From Octopus vulgaris (lineage: Eukaryota), in contig OX597828.1 of NCBI GenBank assembly GCA_951406725.2, forward strand, positions 45,694,001 to 45,758,000: DNA of 64,000 nucleotides, in the 5' to 3' direction. A model generated the notes under the pieces. The model saw nothing but the letters and a program-made list of their open reading frames with translations. It searched no databases and was not told the DNA's origin. Positions 1 through 13,206 of the stretch are shown here, one piece after another. Position 1 is the first letter of the stretch. Each line of letters starts with the position of its first letter. The position numbers and the translations under genes were made by a program.

Positions 1-296
1 AATACGTACTAATACATACTAATACATACTAATACATACACCAACCCCATACATACGCACGTTCACACCAATCCTACGCACTAATACTCTCTCATCACAC
101 ACACACACACACACACACACCCTTATACATACTAATACATACACCAACCCTATACATACACACGTCCAGACCCCTCCTACGCACTATTAGCTGGTCCTTC
201 AACCATATTATCAACCCTATTATCTCCCCTTATTTCGCTCTCGCGTCTCATGTTTGATCTTTGACCTCTGGCCGAAATCAGATCGCCATGTTGATT

Positions 297-492
297 CGTT
301 AGCTACTGCACGCATTTTTTTCTCTCCTTCTTTTTGTGTTTTTTTTCTCTCTGTGTATCTTTCTGTTGAAGAGCGTAGGCTCGAAACGTTAAAGACTTGT
401 TTTATTTATATTTCCTGAGCGCCATACTAATACAATTGTTCGTTTGTTTTCCACCTGCCTTCGTCTTTTGTCTATTTTCATAAAGCTTCCCG

Positions 493-495
<3 letters not shown>
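297..495 (+). mobile_element. Penelope-like pLTR-type non-autonomous repeat with minimal hammerhead motif (family also at 29355-29552)
   Basis: TCTTT-CTGTTGA-A-GAGC gtag GCTC-GAAA-CG-TT-AAAGA at 358-395; ends in (TA)n; near-identical copy at 29355-29552. Confidence 0.6.
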
Positions 496-524
<29 letters not shown>

Positions 525-526
<2 letters not shown>

Positions 527-729
527 GATAAAACCACTATTAGGCAAATCAAACAGTGAAAAACATAAGCCAATACATAACATTAATTTAAAAATATAAA
601 AAGTTAAAAATTTAAAAAAATATTTATATAATTTAAACTTATAAATTTTAAATATATATATATACAAATATATATATATGTATGTATATTTTTATATTTA
701 TATATTATTTTATTTATTAATTTATTAAT

Positions 730-740
<11 letters not shown>
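525..740. repeat. AT-rich dispersed repeat (second, longer copy at ~52715-53045)
   Basis: AGATAAAACCACTATTAGGCAAATCAAACA..AAAAACATAAGCCAATACAT shared with 52808-52860; both copies lie next to (TA)n. Confidence 0.75.
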
Positions 741-763
<23 letters not shown>

Positions 764-1370
764 GTCTAAATTTGCGTCTACCTGTACATATATACGTACA
801 CACACACTCACACACACGCACACACATATATATACACTCTTTAAGCCCTTATTATAATATCCCTTCATATTATAAAGTGCGGTTGAAGAACGATTTCACA
901 TGATAACTCTTCTCTCATATCAATATCGTATGATATCAATCTGTGTCTCCCATCTTCCCTTCCCCCACGCTTATTCTTTGCCTCTATATAACTTTCTCCT
1001 CCTCTTCCTCCTACTACCCATCCTTCTCCTCCTCCTTTTCCTCTTGTTCTACCTCCTCCTCTCTCTCTCTCTCTCCTTCTGCCCCTGCCTTAGATTTGAT
1101 ATCGTCAGTAAAGATTCATAAAATATGAAAACCAAAGTACGACGTTTCTGGCAGCCAATCGGAGAGCGTCTTATTACTAATGACTTCTGTCTCTGGGCAT
1201 ATAGCACGTTATATCGATATGCTGGTCTTATCAGCTATTTCTAGCTCTAAGCACACAAACGCACGCGCAAACACATTCACACTAATACCCCCCAACACAC
1301 ACACACTGAAATACATATATATACATACTCAAGTTTTTATCTGACATTTACGTAGTATGGTGTCTAAAAG

Positions 1371-1397
1371 TTGTTGTTGTTGTTGTTAGTATTATTA

Positions 1398-1435
<38 letters not shown>

Positions 1436-1462
1436 GATATCAATATTATTATTTGTTGTTGC

Positions 1463-1522
<60 letters not shown>

Positions 1523-1576
1523 CATTATTATTACTATTATTATTATTATTTGTTGTTGTTGTTATTGTTATTATTA

Positions 1577-1622
<46 letters not shown>

Positions 1623-1650
1623 CATTATTATTACTATTATTATTATTATT

Positions 1651-1694
<44 letters not shown>

Positions 1695-1723
1695 TATCAT
1701 CATCATCATCATCATTATTATTA

Positions 1724-1782
<59 letters not shown>

Positions 1783-1790
1783 GCTATTAT
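1371..1790. repeat. compound (TTA)n/(TCA)n/(TTG)n microsatellite
   Basis: direct inspection; source of the poly-I/L/Y/N ORFs. Confidence 0.95.
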
Positions 1791-1976
1791 TTGGTGTAAC
1801 TAGATCCTTTTTTGTTTTCGCCATCTTATTGATTAAAATTTTTTTATTTTCGGTTAGTTTTTTTTTTTTTTTTTCCTGTTTTGTTTTTATCCTTATACAG
1901 AAAAATCAATCAAAAAGGGGGGAAAAATAAGGGGGGGGATAAAATTATCGAACGGTGATAAAGGAATAATAAAACA

Positions 1977-2520
1977 GGAATTGCTCAACAAGAATAGTGG
2001 TATAGTAAGATATACTACTGCAAAAACTGCGAAAGTATTAAGGGAACTGAATTACTGTACAGGAAGAGATGAATGATAAGACTTATGAATTATTGAACAA
2101 GAATGGACCGAATAATAACATAAAAGATTTAGTGAACATGAATAGGGGAAAAGTAAGAGAAAAGAGTCACTGAACAAGCATAGGGGAATAATAGTATGAC
2201 ATGAATTACTGAAGAAGAAGGATAGTGGAATAATGAGATGCGTGAATTACAGAGCATGAATAAAGGAACAGTAAGATTATTTACTGAACGAGAATAGAAG
2301 AATCGTAGGGGAAAGACTTTGCTTAATAAGAGGAGAGAAATAGTTTCATGAATTTCTAAACATGGATTGAGGAATAGCAAGTTGAAGGAAATACTGAGCA
2401 AGAATAGAAGCAGAGTAAGGCAAACGAATTACTATACAAGATTAGAGGATTAGCAAGACAAATTTCCAAACAAGAACAGAGGAATAGTAAGACGAATGAA
2501 TTTGTTTGAAAGTCTTAGTT
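1977..2520 (+). repeat. decayed minisatellite, ~36-40 bp unit
   Basis: recurrent GAATTACTGAACAAGAATAG-like motif, more than 10 degenerate copies. Confidence 0.6.
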
Positions 2521-2694
2521 AGAAGAGTTGAGATAGCGCACGTGACAATGTTTGGGTCTCAAGTGACAGGATTGCGGAGAACGGAAGTTATAGTTTCGGA
2601 CCTTTAACTTGAAAGGAAATGTTGCAGCCATTTAAAATGAAAATTATGCCACCACCTAATCTAATGATCCTGCCAGTGTGTTATCCAATATCAT

Positions 2695-2740
<46 letters not shown>

Positions 2741-2756
2741 GGCAGCAGCAGCAATA

Positions 2757-2998
2757 ACCACAGCTATGGATACAAGACCAAAACACAACACAGCACCCAC
2801 GACCTTCGGAGACATTTTTTCACCTACAGAATTACTAAAGTATGGAATAAACAACTTGCATTAATTATTAGCTGTCAAGACACTACATCCTTCAGATCTT
2901 CCATACTTCCTGAAATTCGCCAACATAACACCTGATGCCACCTTTTATTTATTTTTAGTTGTAGTGCACCTGAGCAGTGTATACAACAATTTCATATT
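2757..2998 (+). mobile_element. CR1-clade LINE 3' end (ORF2 C-terminus plus 3' UTR)
   Basis: HSYGYKTKTQHSTHDLRRHFFTYRITKVWNKQ..SFRSS matches the CR1 ORF2 terminal pattern (GH..KL...R..FF..RV...WN.LP); followed by GTAGTGCACCTGAGCA tail. Confidence 0.7.
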
Positions 2999-3293
2999 TT
3001 TTTTCTTAATAACAACAACAATGATAATAATCTTTTCTACTGTAGGGTATAAACCCTGAATTTTTTTTGGGGGGGGGGGGGCGCAGGAGGGCTACTCGAT
3101 TACATCGAACCTAGTGCTTCATTGGTATTTATTTCATCGAAACCCTGAAAAGATGAAACATGAAATCGACCTCGGCGGAATTCGATCACAAAATCTAAAA
3201 ATAAAAAAGACGAAATGTCAAGCATTTTATCTAGCGAGCTAAGGATTATTTTTTTAGCTCGTCGCCTTTCTGCAAACTCAATAATAATGATGG

Positions 3294-3373
<80 letters not shown>

Positions 3374-3477
3374 GTGAGGGTGATGATGATGATGATGATG
3401 ATGATGGTGAGGGTGATGATGATGATGATGATAATGATGATCAGGATCATGGTGATGATGATGATGATGATGATGAT

Positions 3478-4038
3478 GAAGCAGTACCAGGCTGTGGCTC
3501 TCATGGCTTTTGATCTTAACTGGTTGGAAGTGTTATCCTGTACATTGTTTTGTCTTGATATAAAAGTTGGTCTCCTGCAAATATTCTGCTCAATACCGGA
3601 GATTTGCTTGTCACTTGTTTAACTTTAACTATTTGAGCATGTTCCTTGGAAGTTGACAATATGTGCATCTCTGATCACAAACAAAAGTAGTCGCGGAACA
3701 TTATATCCATGTGTTGAGAGGAATTTTTTTTGGGGGGAGGGGTTGAATAATTCACCTCTGGAAACATGGGTGTTTCGTTCAACATACTTTAACAAAATTA
3801 CTTTATTCAGGGACCTTTTGAGCGGGATGGGTTACTCGACCGGAAGAAAATTCGAACTGGGCCCCACCTGCAAGGTCATGTGCTGTTTATCTTGATATGA
3901 GATCACCATGTCGCGCACATATGATTGTGATGCATGTGTCTGGTGTACCCTTATCAGACGGGTAGTCATGATGGGTATACTGGGCTTCATATATTTTACC
4001 CTAGTGTCACTTTGATTGCATGTACTGCTCTCTCACTC

Positions 4039-4039
<1 letters not shown>
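3478..4039 (+). mobile_element. ~560-bp microsatellite-embedded interspersed element (copy 1)
   Basis: GCAGTACCAGGC...CTGCTCTCTCACTCAATAAT; flanked by (GAT)n and (AAT)n; homologs at 21781, 58581 and 62147. Confidence 0.85.
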
Positions 4040-4548
<509 letters not shown>

Positions 4549-4820
4549 CCTTACTGCTATAGGTACAAGGCGTGGAATTTCGGGGAAGGTAATCTTGATT
4601 ACATCAACCCCAGACCTCAAAAGTTTGAAAGGTAAACTCGACTTCGGCCGAATTTGAACTCAGAATGTAAAAACGAACGAAATGCCGGTGAGCCTGGCCT
4701 GACATTCTGCGTGTGAGGGTTCGTGGATTACATCGACCCCTGTACTAAACGACCCCAAAACGATGAAAAGCAGAGTCGACCCCTACGGAATTTAAACTCA
4801 GAACATAAAGAATCGCAAGC

Positions 4821-5295
4821 GTGGTGTAGTAAGAATTTTGTTTCCCAGCCGCATGGTTCCACGTTCGGTCCCACTGCGTCGCACCTTAGTCTAGTGTCTT
4901 CTACTATAGCCTAGCCGAGTAAAGCCTTATGAATGAAATTGGCTGATGGAAACTGAAAGAAGCCTATGTGCGTGCGTGCGTGCTTGCATGCGTGTGTGTA
5001 TCTATGTGTGTGCGTATGTGTGTGCGTGTGTATGTGTACGTGTGCGTGTGTGCGTGTGTGTGTACCTGTGTGTGTGTGTGCGTGTGTGTGTACCTGTGTG
5101 TGCGTGTGTGTGTTTGCATCTATATTTGACCCCTCCCCCACCAGCGCATGACAACCGGTGTTGGTGTCTTTGCGTCCCTGCAACCTAGCGGTTTGGCCAA
5201 AGGACCTGAGAGAATTATAAGTTATAAGTTCGACAAAGATTCTTTAAGGTGTTGCTTCAGCATGGCCGCAGTCTAATGACTGAAACAAGTAAAAC
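4821..5295 (+). mobile_element. degenerate SINE family A copy
   Basis: GGAAACTGAAAGAAGCC, internal (TG)n, CAGCATGGCCGCAGTC..TGACTGAAACAAGTAAAA tail. Confidence 0.75.
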
Positions 5296-6304
5296 ATGAA
5301 AGCTAAAAGAATTCGGAAGTGGTGCCGACGGTGCTAAACGAAAGATGATGTTGGCGATTAATGGTGGTGGCGGCGGTGGCGGGGTGGGGGGGGTTGCTAG
5401 TGATGGTGGCAGTGATAGTGGTGAAGTGATAGAAGTGATGATGATGATGATGATGATGATGAAGAGAGTATTGATGAATACCATGACGATGACAGCGACA
5501 ATAATGCAGTGATAAAACAGCCGATGATGACGATCATATACTCAGTCTGTGACAACTTGGAAGTTGATTCGCTGGATCTTGAAGGGACTGGTTACACATT
5601 ATTGAAAAATATAAGATATTTTTTTTTTTAAATATCTTCTATCTAATGTCTGTAAAAATAGGAATAAAATGAATATTCGGTAAATATCAACACTCATTCC
5701 ATATCTGCGAATTCCACCAATGTCATGCGGTAAGATAGTCTTTATGAATGTGCTGCAAAACAACAATTAAAGCTACATAATGTCTATAATAACAGTTAAA
5801 TTTGAAACCTATAAGAATTCAAATGATGATATTTTTATCCAAATAAACGCTATAAATCAATAAAAGGAAAAATATGTCGTCTGATTTTAGGCAATGTTTT
5901 GTGACGTCATATTACTTTAAAACAATCGGCCATATTTTTTGATTCGTAAGCTTACATACGCGCGCATGCACACACGCACACACATACACACACGCATAAA
6001 TCTATATGAATATGCGTATGTGTGTTTGTATGTATATATATGCGTATGTATTTATGTTTATATATGTATATACACAGTCGTGCAAACACATATACGTATA
6101 CTTTCTTTCTCGCTTTCTTTCATAATTTTATACATCATATGAACACAGACGAACATACAACACAATGAATCTTTCGACAATACTATCCTATTAAACACTT
6201 GTATTTTCTCCGTCTAAAATGAACTTTAAGAAGTGGCTAGACAGTGTGTATTCGAGGAAAGAATGGACCGAAAGATACGGGAAGCACAAAACAGAAATTT
6301 CTAA

Positions 6305-6886
6305 TTGAAAAGACGTAAGAAGTCGAACTTTTCGTATGCTATTAACGAAACGATAGTGTGGTTTTGTTTTCCAGTAGAATTAATAAAGAAGAAATCTTTG
6401 TTGGCAAACTCATCAAAAAGCGACATGCTAAATTGCTTGAACGCGATTCGCAGAAGAAAGCGAGAAAAGATATTTTTCAAGAATAGGTCCTGTAGATATC
6501 CCAAAACTGATAAAATGTGCATCTGTGTCAAGAAAAACAAAAAACGCGTTAAACAATCAAAGATTGCTTTATATTTAAAACATATTCGAGCGAAAAAATT
6601 AATGCATTTGATGCAAACTGGCCAACCTATTAAATTACTGAAAAACCGAAGACATTTTTATAAATATTTCATAAAAAATGTAAAACACTCGAAGCACAAT
6701 CAGAAAATAAAGGTTCCGTCTGTATTACCGAAGCATTCAGACAAAAGTAAACTTCTACGATTGAAAATAAAAGTTAAGAAAGCATTATTAAAAAAAGAAA
6801 AGAAAAGTAGAAAACAGAAAGGTACTAGGAACTTTCCAGTGGAATTTTCATCGCTCGTTAGGGATATCGTGTGGATGAACAAATAA
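6305..6886 (+). CDS. orphan lysine/arginine-rich ORF (193 codons); possible exon or pseudogene
   Basis: long stop-free frame in non-microsatellite AT-rich DNA; upstream in-frame ATG at 6263 is separated by a single TAA at 6302-6304; no recognisable domain. Confidence 0.3.
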   Translation: MKRRKKSNFSYAINETIVWFCFPVELIKKKSLLANSSKSDMLNCLNAIRRRKREKIFFKNRSCRYPKTDKMCICVKKNKKRVKQSKIALYLKHIRAKKLMHLMQTGQPIKLLKNRRHFYKYFIKNVKHSKHNQKIKVPSVLPKHSDKSKLLRLKIKVKKALLKKEKKSRKQKGTRNFPVEFSSLVRDIVWMNK

Positions 6887-7190
6887 TCAAACTCTTGACA
6901 AATAAGCAAGATATAAATCGCTTTTTCCTTGATACAATTTCAGTTATTTATCAGATAATTTAAAACTGTAACATAAAATTAGACGGTTAATTAAATGATA
7001 TATAATGCAACAAAATGAAATTCTACCTATATTTCGACAAAGGATTTTATGTGATTTGCGACAATGCTTGACTGATGATCACAAGGTAGTAGTTTCAATT
7101 CTTGAACAGGGTGACGTGTTGTGTTCACGAATAAAGCGTTTCATTTTGGGCTGCACTAGTTGTGAATAAATACCAAACGATTTCTTGTGT

Positions 7191-7239
<49 letters not shown>

Positions 7240-7522
7240 TCTAACTGCCGCATCTTCAATGTCCCCCTAAACCAAGGATGAGTGGGAGGGTGTCTATGTC
7301 TATGGATGATTCATGGGTACCTAAAAGAATGTGCGAAAGTATGGTACATACTATTATTTATCCATACCTCCACGCTAGTGACTGTTGGCTGTTTTCTGTC
7401 TATCTATCTTCTTTTTTCTTTTTCCCTCTCACTTTCTCTCTCTCTCTCTTTCTCTCTCTCATTTTCTCTTTCTCGCTCTCTTTCTCTCTGTCTGTATATA
7501 CATATGTATTTGCTATTTACGA

Positions 7523-8048
7523 AGGCGGTGAACTGGCAGACTCATTTGCATGCCGGGCAACCTACTTAGCGACATTTCGTCCGTCTGTATGGTCTGCGTA
7601 CAAACTCCGCAGAGACCGACTTTGAGTTTAATCTCTTCGGGGACGATAAAATAAGTACCAGTTAAGAACTGGGGTCGATATAATAGACATAGCCCCTGCC
7701 ACAAAATTGTTGGCCTTTTCCCACAGTTTAAAAACCAATATTCAAGAAGAGAGAGGGGGAGAGAGAGAGAGAGAGATGGAAAGAGAGAGAAATTGCATGG
7801 TGGAAAAAGCATGCTATTTAATAATGCACAAATCTAAGGTGGTGAGCTATCAGTATCGTTAGCACGCCGGACAAAATGCATAACGTCATTTCGTCCGCCT
7901 TTACGTTCAGAGTCCAAATTCAGTCGATATCAGCTTTGACTTTCATCCTTTTGGGGATCTATGAAAGAAGTACCATTAAAGCACTGGGGTCAATGTTATC
8001 GACTCGGTCCCTCCTTCGAACTTACTGGCCGTGTGACAAATTTGAGAT
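7523..8048 (+). mobile_element. two degenerate MetaSINE-type (family B) copies
   Basis: GGCGGTGAACTGGCAGA head; TTTCATCCTTTTGGGGATC.ATGAAAGAAGTACCA Meta-like domain. Confidence 0.7.
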
Positions 8049-8224
8049 CAAAACTGAAAGTCACTTTTACTTTTATTTCATGGACGATCCAAATGTATCA
8101 CACACAGTTGCTACCTGGTCACTGCTTTATAATTTTGTAAGGGTGAGGTGAGACTGCAAGGCAGGACCAGGTCGCAATTATGCTACGAAAATGTTGACAC
8201 CACATGTAACAATTTTAAAATGTA

Positions 8225-8600
8225 ACTAGCACTATGACCCGGCGTTACCGGGTCATAGTGCTAGTGCATGCATATACAGCTGCGTGCATGCGTGCGCACA
8301 TACACGCGAGTACTGTCCAAATCTCCGACCAATCACATAGAGCTAGCTGGCATTCAATTGGTGTATCAAGTTTCGGGCATTTTGATTGGGTTTTGGATAG
8401 AAAATTCATTAAAAAAAGTCACTTCTATTGATTGTTTTAATGGCTTTGCGGGGTGACTGGGGAAATGTAAAGATGTGCACGACCACCCTTGGACGGTTTT
8501 GAATGAACATAGAAAGTGTGAGCCCTCTAACTGAAAAATTGTGGATTTTTATAAAGGACACACACATAAAGGACAGACATTTTGCCGTTTATATATAGAG
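8225..8600 (-). mobile_element. non-autonomous Helitron-type element
   Basis: minus strand starts TCTCTATATATAAACGGC and ends in hairpin ACTAGCACTATGACCCGG-cgtta-CCGGGTCATAGTGCTAGT with CTAG terminus; second copy at 25085-25440. Confidence 0.75.
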
Positions 8601-9825
8601 AGTTTACATGACTCGGAGGCCTCTTTCACAAAGTAGTCTATTCTCGGTTCACGTTACTCGCAAGACAAATATTTTACGATCGAACACCTCTACCCACATG
8701 CATAGACTGCACTCCCAACCATTATGCATATCACAAAACGCGGGTAAACCCCTACACCTGCACACAACCGAACAAATGTATCACCTCCTATCTTAACCCT
8801 CCCTCATAAAGATACATTCCTGCCTGACCCTAGCATCTCGTACGCCATTTTTTGCCAACAGCTTTCTTCCCTTTATATTTTTCCGATGAAGGTCTGTAGT
8901 CTGAACCACTGCCACAATTTCCCTTTCTACTAAGCGTTAAAATAATATAATATATACTAAAACTTAACCGTCCTGTATTGCCTTTTTCTACATGTTGTTG
9001 TCCGTTGTTTTCATACATACATACATACAAACATACATACATACATACATACATATATACATACATACATACATGCATACATACATGAATACATACATGC
9101 AAACATGCAGCATGTGTGTGTGTATACACACACTCACACACACACACACATATATATATATTGATCGAACGCCACGCATCCATTTCCAAGTAAATTTTAT
9201 CTTAATAATTCCGATGCGCGCTCTACACCCTATCTCTATTCTATCTCCCTCTCCTTTTCTTCCTTTCTGTTTTTCTCTCCCACCCGTTCTCAAACTCTTC
9301 TTCTCTCCCCTTCACCGCTCCCACTCTCTCTCATTCTTCCTCCTTGACTCTCTCGTTGCTCACATGTGATCAACGGCTTTCTTTCTTTCTTCCTTTCTTT
9401 CACTTTCTTTCACTTCCTTCCTAAAGACAAGACGTGCTTTTGCCTGTCTCTTCTCAAAGCTCGTTTTTCCAGCGTTCACCACTTCACATCGTTATGGCTT
9501 AACAGCCCCCACCCCTGTTTGTTTTTACTGTTTTGTTCTTACTATCCTGTTTTTCTTACCCCTTTAACCCCCCGCAAAATTTAACCTTCCGCAAAATTCT
9601 AACTCTCCGCAAAATTTTATTTAATTTGCTTTGCGGGAGGGACAGTTTCAAAGAAATCACGTCTTGTCCCAACCTTCGAAAACCAGAGTAGATAAAACAG
9701 GGGACAACTGATGAAGGGACTGTTCTTTATGTTACCTGTCTCGTTTCTCTATTTGTTTCTTTCGTTATTCGAAAAAAGTTTGTTTTCCATACTTTTGTTT
9801 ATTTTATGTTCTCGTTTCTGAATTT

Positions 9826-10125
9826 GGTTCCGGGTTCAGTTCCACTGCGTGTCTTCTATTATAGTTCGGGCTGACGAAAGACATGTGAGTAGATTTGGTA
9901 CACCGAAACTGAAAGAAGCCCGTCGTATATATGTGTGTGTGTGTGTGTGTTTGTCCCCCCATCATCGCTTGACAACCGATGTTGGTGTGTCTACGTCTCT
10001 GTAACTTAACGGTTTGGCAACAGTGACCGATAGAATAAATACTAGGCTTACAAAGAATAAGTCCTGGGGTTTATTTGTTCGACTAATGGCGGTGCTCCAA
10101 CATGGCCGCAGTCAAATGACTGAAA
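9826..10125 (+). mobile_element. SINE family A, 5'-partial
   Basis: GGTTCCGGGTTCAGT B-box region, GAAACTGAAAGAAGCCCGTCG, family tail. Confidence 0.8.
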
Positions 10126-10184
10126 TAATATATATATATATATACACACACACACATACATACGTACATATAAACTAACTGCTG

Positions 10185-10350
10185 GCACTCCATCGGTGTC
10201 GATGACAACGGTTCCAGTTGATCCAATCAACCGAATAGCCTACTCGTTAAATGAATGTGCAAGTGGCTGAGTAGACCACAGACACGTGTACACTTAACGC
10301 ACTTCTCACGAAGATGCAGCGTGACACAGAATTTGACAAGGCTAGCCTTC
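10185..10350 (-). mobile_element. SINE family C 3' fragment
   Basis: reverse complement of the 31950-32110 tail (GTGCAAGTGGCTGAG..CACAGACACGTGTAC). Confidence 0.7.
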
Positions 10351-10380
10351 TCAAATGCTGGTAAAACTCATTTTGCCAGA

Positions 10381-10426
<46 letters not shown>

Positions 10427-10884
10427 ACACACACACTCACACACACACTCACACACATATATACACAAACACATGCACACACGCATACGCACGTGTGAAT
10501 ACCAAACATTTTAAGTGGCTGCGCCCAGCTCCATAAAATGAATTTATCTGAGTGTCAGCATTTTTCGAAATTCTCAGATCTAACAATTACATATAGATCG
10601 GGTTGTAACGAATTTAAACAAGTCAGTCGTTTGTCCGGGGGCGGAGGGCATTCAGTAGAGTGCAAATTAATCCGGACAGGATCGAATTTGGTGACCTTTT
10701 CATATGTTTTAATCTGTGACTAAACTAACGAAGATTTTGCTGTTTTCCGTTTAGAATAGAGTAGTGGTGACATCTGGCATCTAATCAGTTGTAGCCTCGC
10801 TCCAGCATTTCGTTCAGTGCTACACTAGAGCTCGCTCTGTGCTGTTGTACCTGAATGTGTTCATTATTAGCCTTTAAATTCACA

Positions 10885-12033
10885 ATGAATAGCATTCCCA
10901 GGAAGCGTGCAAGTGTAACTCTTAGAAAAAAAGTTTGGTTTTAGTATCAGATGGCTGAAAAATTGAATCTGGCAAAGTGAACTGTCGGTGAAATTGTGAA
11001 GACAGCTGAAGACACTGGCGTACAAGCAGACGGCGCAAAAAAACTCCTTGCGATGATGAGGTCTTGATCAGAAATAGAGTGAATGATCCAAGGAAAACCA
11101 GCAAAGGCCTTCAGAAATATTTGGCTTCAGCTAGTGTAAATGTTTCGTCTTCAACAGCCTACCGAAGGCTCCTTGAATATAGTAGATCTACCAGGAAGCC
11201 GGTACGTAGATATTCATTGACAGCTGTTATGATGAGAAAACGTCTGCACTGACACGTAATCATGCTGGATGGAAAGCAGAAAGAGTAGAGAAAGGTAATA
11301 TATTCGGATGAATCGCATTTTGAAGTGCATGGGTTACAGGTCAGTGGTAGTGAGATGGAGCAAAGGTGAGCGTCATCGGCCAGGGCACACTCAATAAACG
11401 CCAAACACGTACCTAAGGTACTGCTTTGGTGCTGGAACTCCCGGACGGCTTAATGCCAAGAGAATGGTGAATCGTAATAAATACAAGGCTCACTTGCTTC
11501 CGATGACACAAAAAGATTTCCCTAATAGAGACGGTAGAGCTGCCAGAAACGTTAGCACGCCGGGCGAAATGCGTAGCCGTATTTCGTCTGCCGTTAGGTT
11601 CTGAGTTCAAATTCCGCCAAGGCCAACTTGGCCTTTCATCCTTTCGGGGTCGATAAATTAAGTACCAGTTACGCACTGGGGTCGATGTAACCGACTTAAG
11701 CCGTTTGTCCTCTCTGTGTTTAGCCCCTTGTGGGTAGTAAAGAAATAGGTATTTTCCAGCGGAATCTCGGTCCGTGTCGTACTTCCAGAAAAATGCGCTT
11801 TCGATTGGCCTGAAAAATTTCTTGACATTAACCCCATTGAAAACCTATGGGCTATAATCAAACGCAGAATCGTAAAAGTCGACTGGTCAATGATGCAGAA
11901 GCTAACCTGTGCTGTTATTAAGGCTAGGTACCATGACGAAGACTTGAAAAACATGTGTTCAGCATCAGTGCATTCTATGCCAGACCGTGTGTAGAAGCAT
12001 ACACAGGCAAAGGACGGTCATACTTCATTTTAG
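10885..12033 (+). mobile_element. Tc1-family DNA transposon relic (transposase pseudogene), interrupted by a SINE
   Basis: DPRKTSKGLQKYLASASVNVSSSTAYRRLLE (Tc3_2-type HTH), KVIYSDESHFEVHG (first catalytic D), DWPEKFLDINPIENLWAIIKRR (WP.NSPDLNPIENLW motif); stops and frameshifts. Confidence 0.85.
11530..11755 (+). mobile_element. MetaSINE-type SINE (family B) inserted in the Tc1 relic
   Basis: GAGCTGCCAGAAACGTTAGCACGCCGGGCG..GAGTTCAAATTCC..GCCTTTCATCCTTTCGGGGTCGATAAATTAAGTACCAG. Confidence 0.85.
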
Positions 12034-12059
12034 ATATTTCATCATTGTCCCGATTGAAG

Positions 12060-12258
12060 GTAATGAGTTCGATTCCCGGACCGGGCTGTGTGTTGTGTTA
12101 TTGAGCTAGACACTTTATATCACGTCGTTCCAGTTCGCTCATCTGTAGAAATGGTTTGCGACGTCTCAGGTGCCAAGCTGTATTGGCTTTGGCCTTTCCC
12201 TTGGATATCCTCGATGGCAAGGAGAGGCGAGGCTAGTATGCATGGGAGATTGCTGGCC
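12060..12258 (+). mobile_element. tRNA-derived SINE fragment (CORE-like)
   Basis: B-box GAGTTCGATTCCCGG followed by GTGTTGTGTTATTGAGCTAGACACTT..CTCATCTGTAGAAATGG. Confidence 0.55.
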
Positions 12259-12502
12259 CTCAATACAACCTTTCCTGGACTTCCACCACACATTCTCAAA
12301 CTTAAAGTTGGTGCCCCTATAATGCTCATCGGAAATTTGGTTTCCCCAAAACAATGCAATGGCACACGTTTGATCGTTAAGTCCTTATCTCCCACCGTAA
12401 ACTTATATCAATATTTGCCTGAATAATCATCATAATTCAGTGCAATCATTAACAGTACTTTCAAGCAATTCAGCCCCGAGCAACGCCGGGCAATTCTGCT
12501 AG
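12258..12502 (+). mobile_element. Helitron 3' relic: PIF1-type helicase fragment plus terminal hairpin and CTAG
   Basis: [38 protein letters not shown] (Helitron helicase motif); CCCGAGCAACGCCGGG-CAATTCTG-CTAG|T end. Confidence 0.85.
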
Positions 12503-12825
12503 TTACTGATTAAAAGATTTTTGATTTGTAAGGATTTGTACAGTCAATGACTATTAGTTTATATATTATAGCATGAATAATTTCGTCATTGGCCGGATAT
12601 ATACACGTATAGTTTCTTGGCCTTCCGTGTTTCAATTTCTCTCTAATTCCGATATCTATGGTACTATAAATCTTAGTAAAGCTTTGCATAATAATGGTTT
12701 AGAGATCGACGGATAAAATTCTACTATTTCAAATTTGGCCTTATGCTTATTCACACAGACACACACACACACAAATATTTTTGCCTATATGTGTGTGTTT
12801 ATATGCATGTACATGTGTGTGTGTC

Positions 12826-12864
<39 letters not shown>

Positions 12865-12940
12865 CATATATTACATATATCTATATGTCTGTGTGTCTGT
12901 ATACATATATATATATATATATATGTATGTATATATATAC

Positions 12941-13002
<62 letters not shown>

Positions 13003-13092
13003 ATGCATGTTTATGTATATATAGGCGCATACATACACTCATCCACGAATAAAATACACACGTGTCTATGTTAATGTACGTATGCGCGTATG

Positions 13093-13150
<58 letters not shown>

Positions 13151-13154
13151 TAAT

Positions 13155-13206
<52 letters not shown>

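Noticed and set aside
1371-1930. Poly-L/I/Y/N/M ORFs, and the many [16 protein letters not shown] ORFs throughout the window
   Set aside because: Translations of microsatellites that lack stop codons; no coding evidence
9670-9730. Hammerhead around CTGATGA at ~9708
   Set aside because: No GAAA with compatible stems; helices I-III could not be built
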